Positions 25,547 through 39,499 of a stretch of 64,000 bases of DNA are shown piece by piece. The stretch is from Vicugna vicugna. Lineage: Eukaryota. The stretch's first letter is position 1. Every line of letters begins with the position of its first letter. The DNA lies in assembly GCA_013265495.1 (NCBI GenBank), contig MU058584.1, forward strand, positions 6,290,407 through 6,354,406. The letters are read 5' to 3'. The translations under genes and the position numbers were made by a program. Under the pieces are notes generated by a model. It was given only the letters and a program-made list of their open reading frames with translations. It was not told where the DNA came from and made no database searches.

Positions 25547-28500
25547 GGTTAGTTTTATTTGAAGTCAAAATGGCAAGTGCAATATGAAGGATGCCTCCAG
25601 CATTTAGAGAAGGGGAGGGGGACTGGACAGACACAGGCCACTCGGGGCCACGTGCCTCGCTGCATCTCAGGGCAAAGATAGTGCTGCCACCCAGCTGTAT
25701 CACTCGAGGAGCAATTAATTGGGAAGGACAGCCCTGAGCATTTGGGCCAGATGTTCATGGCATATTGCACCTTCCCAGGAAATTAATTTTGGGATAAAAG
25801 CAAAGCAGAAGACTGGCAAAGGCTCCTGTGATGGATATTGAAAATGTCAGGGAACAAAAGACATGAGAGTTCCCTCTGGAGGCAGCTCTCTCAGCTGTGC
25901 CTGAGAAGAGTAAGGCAACAAACATCACATTCCTTGCTGCAAACCCAGCACCCAGCCCGAGAGAATGAAATCCAAGAGGGAATGTGGCCCCATTTCCTCT
26001 ACACATCCAGAAGTGGCGGGGGGGGGGAGGATTGCTCCCCACTCCCAGGAGCCCAGTTTTCCTTTTCTATCTCCAAATGGAAGACTTTAGGTGGACCAGA
26101 GTCTCTTCCCCTACCAAGTGCCATACACGACCAAGTTCCTTGAGGCAGGGATTAAAGGTGATTTATATGTGAATTCTTATTTCTCAGCAATGAGACCCCC
26201 ATACAGTAGGTACTCAATAAATGTTTGTTTGTTGAATGCACAAACTGAGCAGAGCATGTGTGTGTTTGGATGACTGGGTTGGGAGGGGGATTTTGGAGCA
26301 TTTCCTCTGGATCAGGGTGCCAGGTACAGGACCGGACTCTATATGAGCTATCTCCCTCACTCCTTCCACCAGTCTTACAAGGGAGGTCACCAGAACTTCT
26401 CAGAAAATGGAGGCACCTGGAGATTAACTTGAGTTATTTCTATTACATAACTCAAGTTATTGGTATTTGAATCAAGGTCTGCTCATCTCAAAGCATGATC
26501 TCCTTTCACACCATGATGGTGGAGATGCTCACTGATTGCATCCTCTCAGTCAATAATCAAGGCAGTGCCACGCTTATGAGGTATGAAGATGGGCAACCCC
26601 TTTATTATCCCATTTTTGAGAAGAAAACCCCAAAACTCAAGTTGTTTTCCACCTGCTGGCTGATAATCCAAATCCATTCTACATATCTTTCTGATCAAAA
26701 CCCTGGGACTCAGAATCAGAGTGGAGTAACGTGAAGATGACTGAAACTGAATCTTTGGATGTACTTCCAGCATTTCTTGTAACGGAATCTGATACTATGT
26801 GAATCAGGTTGCCTTCTGAGCTTCAATTTGTTCATCATTTGTTCAAATGAGAACGTGTAACATTACCTGTGCTTTCACCACAGAGAATGATCTTGTCTCA
26901 AGGATTAAATTAGATGAGCTTCATAAAAGCATTTGAAATCGGCTACATTGTTAATGTCAGGGGTACTGTCTTTTATCTTTACAAGTCCCAGAACACCTGG
27001 GAAAGTGCTCAATAAATCTTGTGAAATAGAGGAAGTGGTGTAACTTCATATTCAAATACAAGATTTTCATATCTCTAGGTCCAGCTTAGACAGTTGTTGC
27101 CATGATCAGTGGCCTCTTCCTTCACAGCGAACCGAGAAGCTGTTGGAAACTTAGAAGGTATTAACTGCCTGGTAAAACTCAGGAGAGGTTTGAGATATGT
27201 GGATTTACAATGTATGGAGGCATCCAACTTCAGCAAAACTTCTAGAACCCAATGCTGGCCTGCAAGAGGCAGGGATGTCCACCTTTAAGGGCACAACTAT
27301 GTTTGAACGATGAACATATCAGCGATGATCCATGTGGACCAGTGACAAAAAGGCACTGTGAATGTTCTAGATTGCCTAGGATTCTCATGGTTCTTGAATG
27401 GTACAGGGAGGTGGGAGATGTCACCTCTTGCTACCCCCTACTAACATTGCAAACACCTGGATTTTCCTTTTCCATCATCCTAATTGGAACAGATTAAATT
27501 AGATTTAGAGGAACAAACGTTTGTGCCATTGACTGCATCTTCGTATTACAAAGTTCATACTTGTTAGAAAAGCAATATATAACTTTTGGCCTAAGAATAG
27601 ACTATTTAGGCCATATAAAATGTGTGTATGTGATTTACCAACACATGAAGAAACTTCCTAATTAATAAGTGTGCCTATATGAAGCCCTTTGGGAAGCTCT
27701 GGTAGAGACCACTCCCATTTAGCCTCAGAAACTGTTAATTCCTGTTTAAATTCACATTGTTTACTATCACCCAAGTACTTCATGCGTAGTAATTAATCTG
27801 AGCCACACAACAAACCCACAAGGTCAATGACAATATTACCTTTTTTTTTTTTCAGATCACGGAACATGAGTGACAAAGACAAGATAAGAATCCAGCACTT
27901 TTGACTTCTCAACCTTCTGTCTCTCAAAGCTGTGTGTGTTCCCACAGACTAGCAGTTACTGATTCCGAATGCGAAGTCCGTATGACAGGTGTCTTGGCAA
28001 ACAGGAAATGGATCACAGAGACTTCTAATAAATGTGTAATTTTAAGAGGCAGATCAAGAAGACGTGATTATTGGATGGGGGACAGATGGCTTTCATCTCC
28101 TACTACCACAGCACACAGAGAGGAGAAGGCAGGGTCCTCTCGGGTGCTGGAAGACAAAAACTTCTCTGCATGTCTAGCACTTGACGCTCTCCTCCCCTGC
28201 TAAGGGGAAACAAATAAACACGTCACAGTAACTGAAGAAGCACACTTGAAGTTCTGCTAATCAGATGCTCCTGAAGAGGTGAGAGAGAAAGAGAAGAAAA
28301 AGAAAGAAAAAAAAACTGCTAGAACAAACGCAACTCAACAACATTATTATGCTCCTCGTTCTCATTGTCTCATCATAGCTCAATCACCCAGTTACATGCA
28401 GATATTAACTCCGAAAGATGTGCTTGAGACAGGAAGGGTAGCCTTTACAGTTCTGACAGTTGGTAATACACAGCAGCTGGGGTCACGGGTTCCAAGCCTT

Positions 28501-29339
28501 TGTGGGTATATTGTCAAAATGTTTTGATTGAAGAGAATAAAGAATTAACAACTCTCCCTTCAAGCCTTGCCTACTCTAAAGCAGTTTCCAATGAAATGAA
28601 GTAACACATCCATCAAATCATACGAGTTTCAGTCAGTGGATCCTTATTGCCCCCATCCACTGTGCACATCATTCTTCTTTCCTTAATTGTTGCCACAGTG
28701 TCAGAATCACCCACACCCCTCCAGTTCCTAAGCTGTTCTGCACACTCGGCCCCTGTTGCACCCTCTTTAAATCAGCCCCCACTGGGCTTAAGTATTTTGA
28801 TTCCAACTGCAGATTGACTGACCTCTCATCCTCGCATATTCCTTCCAGGGACGCCTGTGGCTTAAGCCAAATACTGTGCGGCTCTAACCACTTAAAACAG
28901 AGCCACTGATTAAGACACAGACAGCTATAGCAATTGGAGGCAAAGCTCCTCTTCTGAGAGTGACCAGTGCCCTGGGCCCTGACAAACAGCCAGTCCAAAC
29001 ACACTGGAGACTAAATGGAGCTTTGGTGGAAGGCTGGTTAACTGTGTGTTGGTTCTCATGGACAGCGTCCATGTTTCCATGTGTCATTTCCAGAACATCC
29101 AAGAGGAATTATAGGAGAAGCCAGATGAAAGGCTTGGTATGAGTGATAAATAGGGGTGAGGGAAACAGAGACTGGTTGGGTTAGATGAACTTGTCAGAAG
29201 TTTACGTGTGGACATTAAAACCGGGCATCGTGCCCCCTGTGGCTTGAATATGGGTTGCCCTTGCTTGAATTCCTGAAGCACTATCTTCATAGGCTCAACA
29301 TTAGGATCCAATTACCCATGACAGAGCTTTATTTGATCC

Positions 29340-29925
29340 ATTTTGGTTTCTATTTGTCTATCAATCTTTACTGAGCACCATCTATGTGCCAGGCCATATG
29401 TGCCAGAAATAAGCAATGAACAAGACAGACAAGGTCTTTGCCTTCAACATGGTTTGAGTCCAGTTGGTGGAAACAGAAAAATGACAAACAAGGTTACTTT
29501 GGGCCATAATAAACGTTATGAAGAAAAATGAAGAAATTAAACAGGAAGAGACGCTAAAGAGTGACTGGGATGCTAAAATCCCCTTTAAATTGGGTGTTCA
29601 GGAGAAGCCTCCCATAGTGAAGAGTGGAGGACATTGTGGCTAAGACTTTAAAGATGAGACAGAAGCAGCCAAAGGAAGATCTGGGGAAGAGGAGAGGGTC
29701 ACAGAGAGCAGTAGGAGGGAGAAGGAGCATGACACGAGACAGTCCTAAGGCGGGACCTTGGGATCTGCATGTTTTAAAGGAGGCCATGTGGCTGGAGCAT
29801 CAGAAACAAGTAGAGAGCAGACAGAGGTGGTTGGGGAAGCCGAGAGAAGCCACATCATGTTGGCCAGTAGGCCATGGTAAAGAGTTAAGCTTTTATTCTA
29901 AATGCAGTAGGAAACTTTTGAACAG
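29340..29925 (-). mobile_element. L2 LINE 3' fragment
   Basis: TTACTGAGCACCATCTATGTGCCAGGC...AGGAGGCCATGTGGCTGGAGCA...GTAGGCCATGGTAAAGAGTT. Confidence 0.8.
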
Positions 29926-31144
29926 TGTGGCTCCAAAACAAACAAACAAACAAAAAATGCACTGCGCTTTCCTCAGCTCAGTAGTCCATTCTCCTACATT
30001 TGCATTTGACAGTTTGATAATGACTTTAGGGCTATCAAATCCTAATCTTTGGCCAACCCTGAACTGAACTATAAGTATATAGGATTGAACTATAAATATA
30101 TAGGATTGCAAATCATTCACTACATTATACTTTTTTATGGCTAAAATCAATTCTTCTCTCAATATTTGGTCTATCCAACCTAATAGCTTCTCATAATTTA
30201 TTATCCTACTTTGGTAGAAAGTAGACATTAATTCAAGTGAATGGCTTCTGAAGATAGATCTGACTTTTGTCAGTTATCCATGATGGGAAGATCATAAAAG
30301 CAGTCTTGATGAGAAAGGGGCAGGTGATATCTTTCTCTGTCTACTGTTAAATCTAAATGAACAGCTTTATGTGAAAGAAATAAATTGAGATTCCAACCCG
30401 AATTTTCCAGTGTTAATAAGAAACTTTGTGTTAAGTAAGGCAATGGATCTGCAACTACTACTGAGTAAAATCAGAGACTCAAGCCTGGAACTAGTTTTCC
30501 CTAAAACATGCATTGAACAATTTCCGCTGTACAGTTTCACCGGCGTATTGGTAATCTGACATTTCCTAGGCATCTGGGTTCATGAATATTCAGATACATA
30601 GAGTGATGAATACTTTATTGAATGATGACATCTGGCATGCCTAGATTAAGCGATGCTTCCAGTCCTAGGAGAAATAAAACAGCTTACTACTCAGAATACT
30701 GGCGTTTATACAGGATTCACTTATTAATGAAAAAAATTCATTCTCGGGCCAACAAGTTTTTTCTAGGTAATAACCTTGCACAAGATGATTAGTGTGAAGG
30801 TCTAGAGAAATATGAAGTTTCATACTTATAATCTTATACCTGACATTTACCAGTTTTTCTAGAGAAGTTTTCTTTGTTTTTAAGCCCCAGGTGCTATGCA
30901 GATATCGAGTCTGCCTATGCCTCTGAGAAACTGTGTGATCTTATTTGATAAGCTGCAAAAATCACACTTACAAAAAATCTGTAACACTAGGCTGTACGTG
31001 TTAAATTGGCCCTATGGAAATTTCTGGCAATGTACAGAACCACAATGAACTAAATACATCTGAGCTCAAAATTGTTTAGCCAAGGACCCTTAGGGATCAT
31101 TAATGTGTGTGAATATTTTCTATACATCTTGTCTTTTCATTTCT

Positions 31145-31881
31145 TTTTTTTTAAATTGAAGTTGCCATCAGTTACAATGTGTCAATTTCTGGTGTACAGC
31201 ACAATGTCCCAGTCATGCATATACATACATATATTCATTTTCATATTTTTTTCCATTAAAGTTATTGCAAGACATTGAACATAGTTCTCTGTGCAATACA
31301 AAAGAAACTTTTTAAAATCTGTTTTTATACATAGTGGCTACCATTTGTAAATCTCAAACTCCCAAATTTATCCCCTCCCACCCCCTTTCCCTGGTAACCA
31401 TAAAATTGTTTACTAAGTCTGCGAGTCTGTTTCTGTTTTGTAGATGAGTTCATAGTGTCTTTTTTTTTTTTAGATTCCACATATGAGTTATATCATACAA
31501 TATTTTTCTTTCTCTTTCTGGCTTACTTCACTTAGAATGACGATCTCTAGGTCCATCCATATGGCTGCACCATATGGCTTGGCATTATTTTATTCTTTTT
31601 TATGGCAGAGTAGTATTCTATTGTATAAATACACCACAACTTCTTTATCCAGTCATCTGTTGATGGGCATTTAGGTAGTTTTCATGTCTTGGCTATTGTA
31701 AATAGTGCTGCTATGAACATTGGGATGCATGTTTCCTTTTGCATTAGAGTTCCCTCTGAATATATACCCAGAAGTGGGATTGCTGGATCATATGGTAATT
31801 TGTTTTTAGTTTTTTGAGGAATCTCCATACTGTTGTCCATAATGGCTGCACCAAACTGTGTTCCCACCAGCAGTGTAGGAG
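31145..31881 (-). mobile_element. Lineage-specific L1, 3' ~740 bp
   Basis: LPYDPAIPLLGIY...[13 protein letters not shown] on the minus strand; poly-T; TSD TGTCTTTTCATTTCT (31130-31144) / TGTCCTTCCATTTCT (31882-31896), 13/15 identical. Confidence 0.95.
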
Positions 31882-34229
31882 TGTCCTTCCATTTCTAAGG
31901 CACAACAAGTACAAGTGTAGATTGTTGGTAAAGCATGTTTACATTTCCTAAGCCCTTGTTTCTTATTCCAAATTGTGCATTCAAGACCGGCTGGTGGTGC
32001 TATAAGGAATCCTTAGATTTTTGTCATTCCATGCTTTAAAGCATAGGTTATTGTATATTTTCCCAATATGTATGTCTTCCTGCTCCTTTGAGAACACAAA
32101 TTCTCTGCATCGATGATTCATTTCTTCACTAGCGCCCCCCTACCCCCTTCATCCCAGATACACAAGCCACATCAGTTCGGGGCTTAATGATCATGGTACC
32201 TACTATACATAAGTCTTTTCTCTAAAAATACCAAATCGTCCAGAACTGATAGTTTTCATGGAAAGTTGATTCCTTTGTTACTTCTGGCAGGCACATGTGT
32301 TTTCCTTTGGCTGGCCAGGCTAGTGGTGTTTCCAGCAGCACGGATAACTGGCGACCCTGCGTAGTTCCTTTTCTTGGGCCTGTCGAAGTCTTGTCTGACA
32401 CAGGTAAACTGGACATGACTATATAAACATGCCAGGGCTTTCAGTGCTGCCTCGAAATTGTCACACTGTGCCAGAAAGTCGCCCTAGCATGTCAGGGACT
32501 GGTTAGAGCTTTCTGGGCCCAGTGCAGTGCCTCACCACAAGATAAGATTTCAGCAAGCAGAACTTTGTCTTCAAGGTTTTCATTTTGCTTAAAACTTCAG
32601 CTCCAAAGGCTTCAGGTCAAATTCCACGGCCATTTATTTCCCCTCACTGTTAAGGATTGGACCGTCCCCCGGGGTCCCTTTCCGGAAGTTTGGGCCCATG
32701 ACTTTCCAGTTGCGTTTCTGCCCCTCCCACTTCTCAGCCTTAAGTATGTTTATATTGATGCATATACTGGCTTTCTCTTCCAGGACACTTTTGAATAAAA
32801 TTGTAAACAGGGATCCAAGCTGCATTTTCATGTCACATTCCATGGCATTAGTGAGAGGGAGAGTGACTTCTCTTCTGCCAGAACACCCCTCCACTCTCTC
32901 GTAGAACTGCCCTCAGAGGAGTGTTCATTTGCTTTGCACATTCTGCTGAAGTTGACGGACAAAGCATGGGAGACTCGGAACTCTGCTCTGCAAAACATTC
33001 CTGCAGTCGGTGTTGTGTTCTCTTCTAATGTCTCACATGCTCAGCAGCCCATTTAAAACACATCTTTGTTTCCTCTGGACTAAAACTCTCTTGTAGCAAC
33101 AGTGGCCACAGTTTTCACTCAGCACCTCTCTGCCTCCCGTTCTTCGTAGACTCTCGATGAGTATTTGATGAACTGAATACAAAACCAGCTTCCTAAACTC
33201 ATTAGGTTTAATTTGGTCTTAACATAGCCTGATTAACTGATGGTCCTTCTCTTTGAAGTTTCTATTTTAGGGTGGTAATCTTTGTATTTTTCAAGCATGA
33301 AACGTTCAAAAATAGGAGACTGAAGAATTCCATCCATAGCCGAAGTCGCTGAAGCATTTTCAATCCAAGGTGAAAATCTACATTGCCTCATCTGTGGCTC
33401 TAGTTGAGATTTATGTTTGGCTTTTCAGGATAAATTTGCCGTCCAAAAGATCACCTAGGATAATGGAGGAAAAGCTTCCATCTATTCTGACTGAAAATAA
33501 AGCCTCTGGGCTTAATGGAACACAAGATGTCTCCCTTGCACGGGACATAACGCAGCTGGTATAGAATTCCCTGGTGGGTTTTTATCGAAAAAAGCCCTTG
33601 TCTCCGTATTCTCTGCAGCACTGGGTGGCTGCCAATTCATTCAGAATCTGTGGGCATCTGGTAAAGCTCTGGCTTGATTACCTTGGTCAGGCTGGATAGA
33701 AGTAGACCCAGGCATTGCTCTTCTGGGCATGGTTTCACCATTACTACCATGAAGTTTATCCTCTCCATAAGTTCAATCACCTTGAAAATTGCCCTCTAGT
33801 TTTCCATCGCTCATATTACCTTAGCTAGTGAGTTTCTAAGCTACTTGGATTTTGTGTGGAATATTTATTTAATTAAATCATGCCAGTGGGCCCTGGGGTC
33901 CATGAACTGTAAATACATTTATAGGTAATCATTTGACTAGATGCTTTCCTAAGAGGAAAACTAAATAGTCAAAATACCTTGGAGTTTTCAGATTGCCAAA
34001 ATGTAGATCTTGTCAGCATTCCGTGATATTCATTGAACAGGGCTCTGTTTGGCCTTGAAAGGGATGAAGAGCTTTACAGAAAAATGTTAGTCCCTGGTTA
34101 CCCAAAATTTAAGTGTGACTTCAGTAGCTTTTTTTTTTTTTTGTCGTCAAGACTAAGCATAAGCAGGGGTAGTTTTGGAGTTAATCAGATTTCAAATCAT
34201 ATAGAACTTTTAGGACAACATTTGTATAT

Positions 34230-36390
34230 ACCATGACAATGCTCTGTTACTAAGAGAAGTATGTAATTATCTCCCTTGATGAAGAAAAATTTTCTCAAAA
34301 TTCAATATTTTTGTTGATAAAAATTCTCAGCAAACTAGGAAGGGAAGAGAATATCCTTAGAATAATAAGAGGTCTCTATGGAAAACCTCTAGCTAACATT
34401 TTACTTAATGGTTAAAGCTTAAAAGTTTTTTCCCTAAGATCAAGAACAGAACAGGATATCTGTTCTCATTACTTGCATTCAACATTGTGCTGTAGGTTCT
34501 AAACCAAGGTTCCTCAACCTTAGCACTATTGTTATTTTTGGTCTAATAACTCGTTGTTGGTTGTTCTGTACATTGTAGGACATTTAGCAGCCACCCTTAC
34601 CTCTTACCCAACAGATACAAGTAGAATGTTCTCCAATTGTGACAACAAAAAATGTCGGCAGATATTGCCAAATGTCCTTTGAAGTGGGAACAAAATTCCC
34701 CCTGTATGAGAATCACTGTTTTAGACAGTGTATATGGCAGTGAAAGAAGAAAGAGTGATAAAAAGAAAGATGGAAAGAAAACGGATTAGAAAGAAAGAAG
34801 TAAAACTGGCTTGACTGACAGCCAGTACATGATTGTCTATGAAGAAAATCCCAAGGAATCTCCAAAAGGGCACAAGACATAATAAGTGAGCTTAACAAAG
34901 TTGTAGAATACAGAGTCAATACACTAAAATCAATTTGATTTCCATAGACTAGCAACAAATAATTTAAAAGTGATATTTTAAATTAACATTACAATAGCAT
35001 AAAAAGCCTAAAGCACCTAAGGACAATTTAACAATATATGTGCAAGACCTATACGTTGGAAACTACAACACATTGCGAAGAGAAGATTAAAAAGACCTAA
35101 ATAAATGGAGAGATATACCATTTTCATGGATTAGAAGACTCAGTATTAAGATGTCCGTTCTTCCCAAATTGATCTATTGATTCAATGGAAACCCTATCAA
35201 AATAGCTTTTTTGGGGGTAGAAATTGCAATGTGACTTCTAAAATTTAAATGGAAATTCCAAAGACCTAAAATAGCCCCTAAAAATTTTGAAATAGAAAAA
35301 TCAAATTGTAGGACTTATACTAGCTGTTTCTAAGACTGTAAAGGTACAGTAATCAAGACAGAATGGTGCTGGCAAAAGGATAACCATATAGATCAATGGG
35401 ATAGAACTGAGAATCCAGAAATAGACAAACACGTATCTGGTCAATGTTTTATGACAAAAGTGTCAAGGCAATGGGGAAAGGATATGCTTATCAACAGCTG
35501 ATGCTGAAACAATAATATATTCACAATTAAAAAGGTAAGTCTTGACCCTTACTTTCACCATATAGAAGGAGAAACCGAAAATGGATTGTAGACCTAAGTG
35601 TAAGTGCTAAAACTAAAACCCTTCTGGAAGAACATATGAGAAAATCTTTCTGACCTTCAGCTAAACAATGATATTCTAGACTGAACCAAAGAAATCCGCA
35701 AATGATAAAAAAAAATTGATAAGTTGGATTCCAGCAAGATTAAAAATGTTGCTCATTCAAAAATAGTATTAAGAAAATGAAAAGACAAGCCATAGGCTAG
35801 GTGAAAATATTGCCAAAAGACATATCCAACAAAGAACCTATATGGAATACACGAACAACATTTACATCTCGAAAATGAAAAGACAAACATCAAAAAAGTA
35901 AGCAAAATATTTTCATAGGCATGTCCCCAAAGGAGATATGTAGATGATAAATAAGCGCAGAGAAAGATACTCAACGTCATTAGTCATTAGGGTAATGCAA
36001 GTAAAACCACAATAAGATAGCAGTGTGCACATACATCTATAATATATACATGTATGCTTATAAAGAATGGCGAAACTTTTTAAACCAGCCATACTAAATG
36101 TTAGTAAGGATACAGAGCAACTGGAGCTCATATACAACGCAGGTGGAAATGCAAAATTGTACAGTCACTTCTGTATGATTAACCGTACAAATAACTTATG
36201 TAGTTAAGTATATATATGTTTTCTACATACGTAAGTATATATACTTACTAGATATCCCACCAATTCTACTTTTGTCTTTCACTCAAGAGAAATAAAACCA
36301 TAAGTCCATCCAAAGACTTGTACTCAACTGTTTATAGCAGATTTATTTATAATAGCCTGAAACTGGAAACAATTCAAACTTCCATCAACT
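34230..36390 (+). mobile_element. Old (L1M-type) LINE-1 ORF2 fossil, interrupted by MER20
   Basis: Degenerate ORF2 DNA motifs (AAATGGAGAGATATACCATTTTCATGGATTAGAAGACTC, ACAGTAATCAAGACAG, GATCAATGGGATAGAA, ATGCAAGTAAAACCACAATAAGATA) with many stops and frameshifts. Confidence 0.9.
34505..34718. mobile_element. MER20 (non-autonomous hAT-Charlie element)
   Basis: Termini CAAGGTTCCTCAACC...GAGAATCACTG; internal TGTGACAACAAAAAATGTC..CAGATATTGCCAAATGTCC; 8-bp TSD TTCTAAAC / TTTTAGAC. Confidence 0.9.
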
Positions 36391-37318
36391 AGAAATATTT
36401 TTAATCAGACCTAATTTTGTAAAACAAACAAACATGTTCAGACCTGATTGGAAAGCCTAAAATTACATATTTTTTTGAGTTTATAATCATAGCCAAATGT
36501 CTTAATTGTCGATTAAAAGGCTTTAATATTTATTAAAATTTAGAAGACACTCCTCTAGGGCCCGCTAATACTATTCTTAGGAAGGGGAGGATACTGAGGC
36601 TGCCAAACTGAGTTTTCCTATGCTCACTAATTGCCACAGAGCATAATGCTAAAAGCAACTTAAGAAGAACTTCAAAACAAATGCAATCTCCATTTAGTTT
36701 TTATAACCCAGCTTTCCTGAGTTTCTCTACGTGTGTCTAGATAGAAGAGACACTTTTCAAGTGGACACTCATTCCTCGGGCTCTGCAGAGAAACCCTAGC
36801 TGATCGGACAAGGTTGAGTCACCAGGACCCCATGTCCTTGTTTGTGCACCACCACTGAGCAGCATTTTCTGAAATATCTTGATAAGATGCCAACTAGAAG
36901 AAAATATGGGGCCCCATTGAAAAGCAGGCTTTCCCTTTGATGTGTGTTAGTGGGAAAATCCAGCATCTGATGTGGGGAAATCTCCATCTTCTAACACACA
37001 CACATACACACACACACACACCCCAACTGCCTTTAATACAAAGTTATCACTTGGGCAAAAAACTTTCATCTTTAGCTGATTCAATGATGGGATGCTGTTT
37101 AGCACAGACTTAGTAAAACTTTCACATAAAAACAGCAGAGTAACTGCCAGAGCTTCCATAGAGCATGTAACTTGAGGAGTTATCCTGATCCTTGAAGAGT
37201 CGGCCAGCTTTCCAAGAGGAAGCCAGTAAAAAGTGGGGAGGGGTAAGGTTAAATTGGAAATGCTGAAGGGGAAACTGGTGCCTGTAAATGTGCCTTCAAA
37301 TTTTATCTCACATTTCTT

Positions 37319-37440
37319 GGGGAGAAGGTATAGAGCAGATGCCCAACATGCCCAAGGTCCTGGGTTCGATCCCCAATATCTCCACTAAAATAAACAAATA
37401 AACCTAATTGCCTCCCCTCAGAACAAAAAAGGAAACAAAC
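37319..37440 (+). mobile_element. Vic-1-type SINE with an internal deletion in the A-box region
   Basis: GGGGAGAAGGTATAGAGC...CATGCCCAAGGTCCTGGGTTCGATCCCC...AAATAAACCTAATTGCCTCCCC. TSD AAATTTTATCTCA (37298-37310) / AAATTTTATTTCA (37441-37453). Confidence 0.88.
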
Positions 37441-38587
37441 AAATTTTATTTCAGTTTTCAGTTTTCACATATGTCCACTCAGGATCGGGCTGCTCAGTGC
37501 CAGAGTCAATTCTGGAGACATCCAGAACTCCTGATTTTTTTGGCAGTAGTTATAGTTTGGCTACCAGGGGATGAAAACTAGTAACACATGAAAAAGTGAT
37601 AGAGCATATTAGCTTAATAATTTGTATTAACTAAATTTAATAGAAGCATGGATGATTTGAATCTTACAATAATCGAAAATTTTCATTTTATCAGTTAAAT
37701 TCCTACCATTTTCCATGCAGTCTTTTAGAGGAAATTGTTGTAAATGTTTTCTTCTAAGTTAAGAAGTGTCCAACAAAAGGGAGAAAGAAAAAAATAAATA
37801 AATTTCTGGGAAAACTGACACACACTTGAAAGTTTGCTTTTGAACAATTGAGAATTGGATTCATCTCTCTCAAAGTGAAGCCAAAATATCAACTAATGCA
37901 CTGTGGGTCGCAGGTCTACAGTTTTCTCTAAACAGCAACACGTTGCCTTTGCCTTTCTCTCTGTGCCCTTCATCCAGTCCCAAAGACCTGTCAGGAAAGT
38001 CCTCTGCATACCACACAACTTTTGTTCATATTTCCCTTTAAAGAAGAAAAATCGCCATCTACTGAAGGTATCCTTGGTATACGCTCACCAAGGATAGTTG
38101 AGCTCCTAACAGACTGCAAACCAGCAGGGTTTGATCCAGCCAGTACCTCAGTCTTCCAAGAGGAGGAGACATTCAGGAGAAGGCATCCAGGAAGTCAGAC
38201 CTTGTGTACTGTTGTAAGGGACAGCCCAAGCCTGAGTACATCCCAGGTTGGAAATAAGGCAAAGGATGAACCAGGTTGAAGGAGAAATTTGGTTTTCAAT
38301 TGCCTAGTGAGAAATAACTAATTAACGTGAAATAAAGAGGACGGGTTCTCAAATTACATATGTGTTGTACTTATCTACCAGGCAGATTCAACTGCCACTA
38401 ACGTCTAGTAGATTATGATGGGCAACCAAGATGTGTACTTACTCTGAAACAGAAATAAACTGAAATGCCTGTGGCAGTCTTATGGAAGCAAAAATGAAAA
38501 ATGACTTGTTGTTCCTATTTCTACAGATATTTCCCAAATCTTATCATCTGGAGTTGAGATTATTTTGGTTTCTAGAAAAAGCATAAT

Positions 38588-38857
38588 GAAAAAACAAACC
38601 TATGGTTACTGGGTGGGGAAGGGATGGGGAGAGATAAATTGAGAGTTTGGGATTTGCAGATATTAACCATTATAAATAAAATAGATAAATAACCAGGTCC
38701 TACTGTATAGCATAGGGAACTTTATTCAATACCTTGCAATGGCCTATCATTAAAAAAATATGAAAAGGCATATATATATATATATATATATGAATAACTA
38801 CACTGTACATCAGAAATTAACGCAACATTGTAAATCAACTATATGTTGATTTAAAAA
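38588..38857 (+). mobile_element. Short L1 3' UTR fragment containing (TA)n
   Basis: ATGGTTACTGGGTGGGGAAGGG...GATTTGCAGATA...ACATTGTAAATCAACTAT and an A tail. TSD about AAAA(A/G)GCATAAT at 38576-38587 / 38858-38869. Confidence 0.9.
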
Positions 38858-39499
38858 AAAAGGCATAATTTGTGAATTTCCCTTACCTCGTTAGATGACA
38901 AAACTCTGGCTAGCTAGACATCGGAGAACAAAAAAAATGTACCTTTAAAAATGTGTGCTCTGTATCAATTTAAACACGCTCAGGGAAATAACACTACTTC
39001 ATCTTGGTAGGAAAATTTCTTTAAATTAATGAAATATCTGAATTAAATTTTTTTAGAAATGAGTTTTTATAATTTTTCTATACTTAACATAATTGGAGTT
39101 AAGCTAACAAGATGTTGCTTGCTGAAGTGACACTCAGGGGTCCTATTTAGTGAGTACAGAAAATGATTTACACATACCAAATACTATATTCAGATTGTAG
39201 CTATAAATTGTTTGGAAAAGTTTTTTACCTAAATTGCTTACAAAGTCTATTTACAGCCTTTTTAAAAGCCAAGGATTTATTTAACAATCACGTTCTCTTC
39301 ACTGCATGAAACTTAAGCTGTGTATAAGTTCCAACCCAAGAATCATTAATTATAAATTAAGGCATTCTAAATTTTCCTTAAATATCTACTGCCATGATTG
39401 TACTCCACGTACTTTCATTGTCTTGTAACTTAAACTGAGTAAAGCTGGAACTGACATTAAATACTGTCTTCTCTGTTACTTCATCTAAGATTTTAAAAC

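Noticed and set aside
29624..30067. 147-aa ORF
   Set aside because: It lies largely within an L2 fossil and a CAAA repeat, with no protein-family signal.
30600..30700. Box C-like GTGATGA/ATGATGA motifs suggesting a C/D snoRNA
   Set aside because: No properly placed D box (CTGA) or terminal stem.
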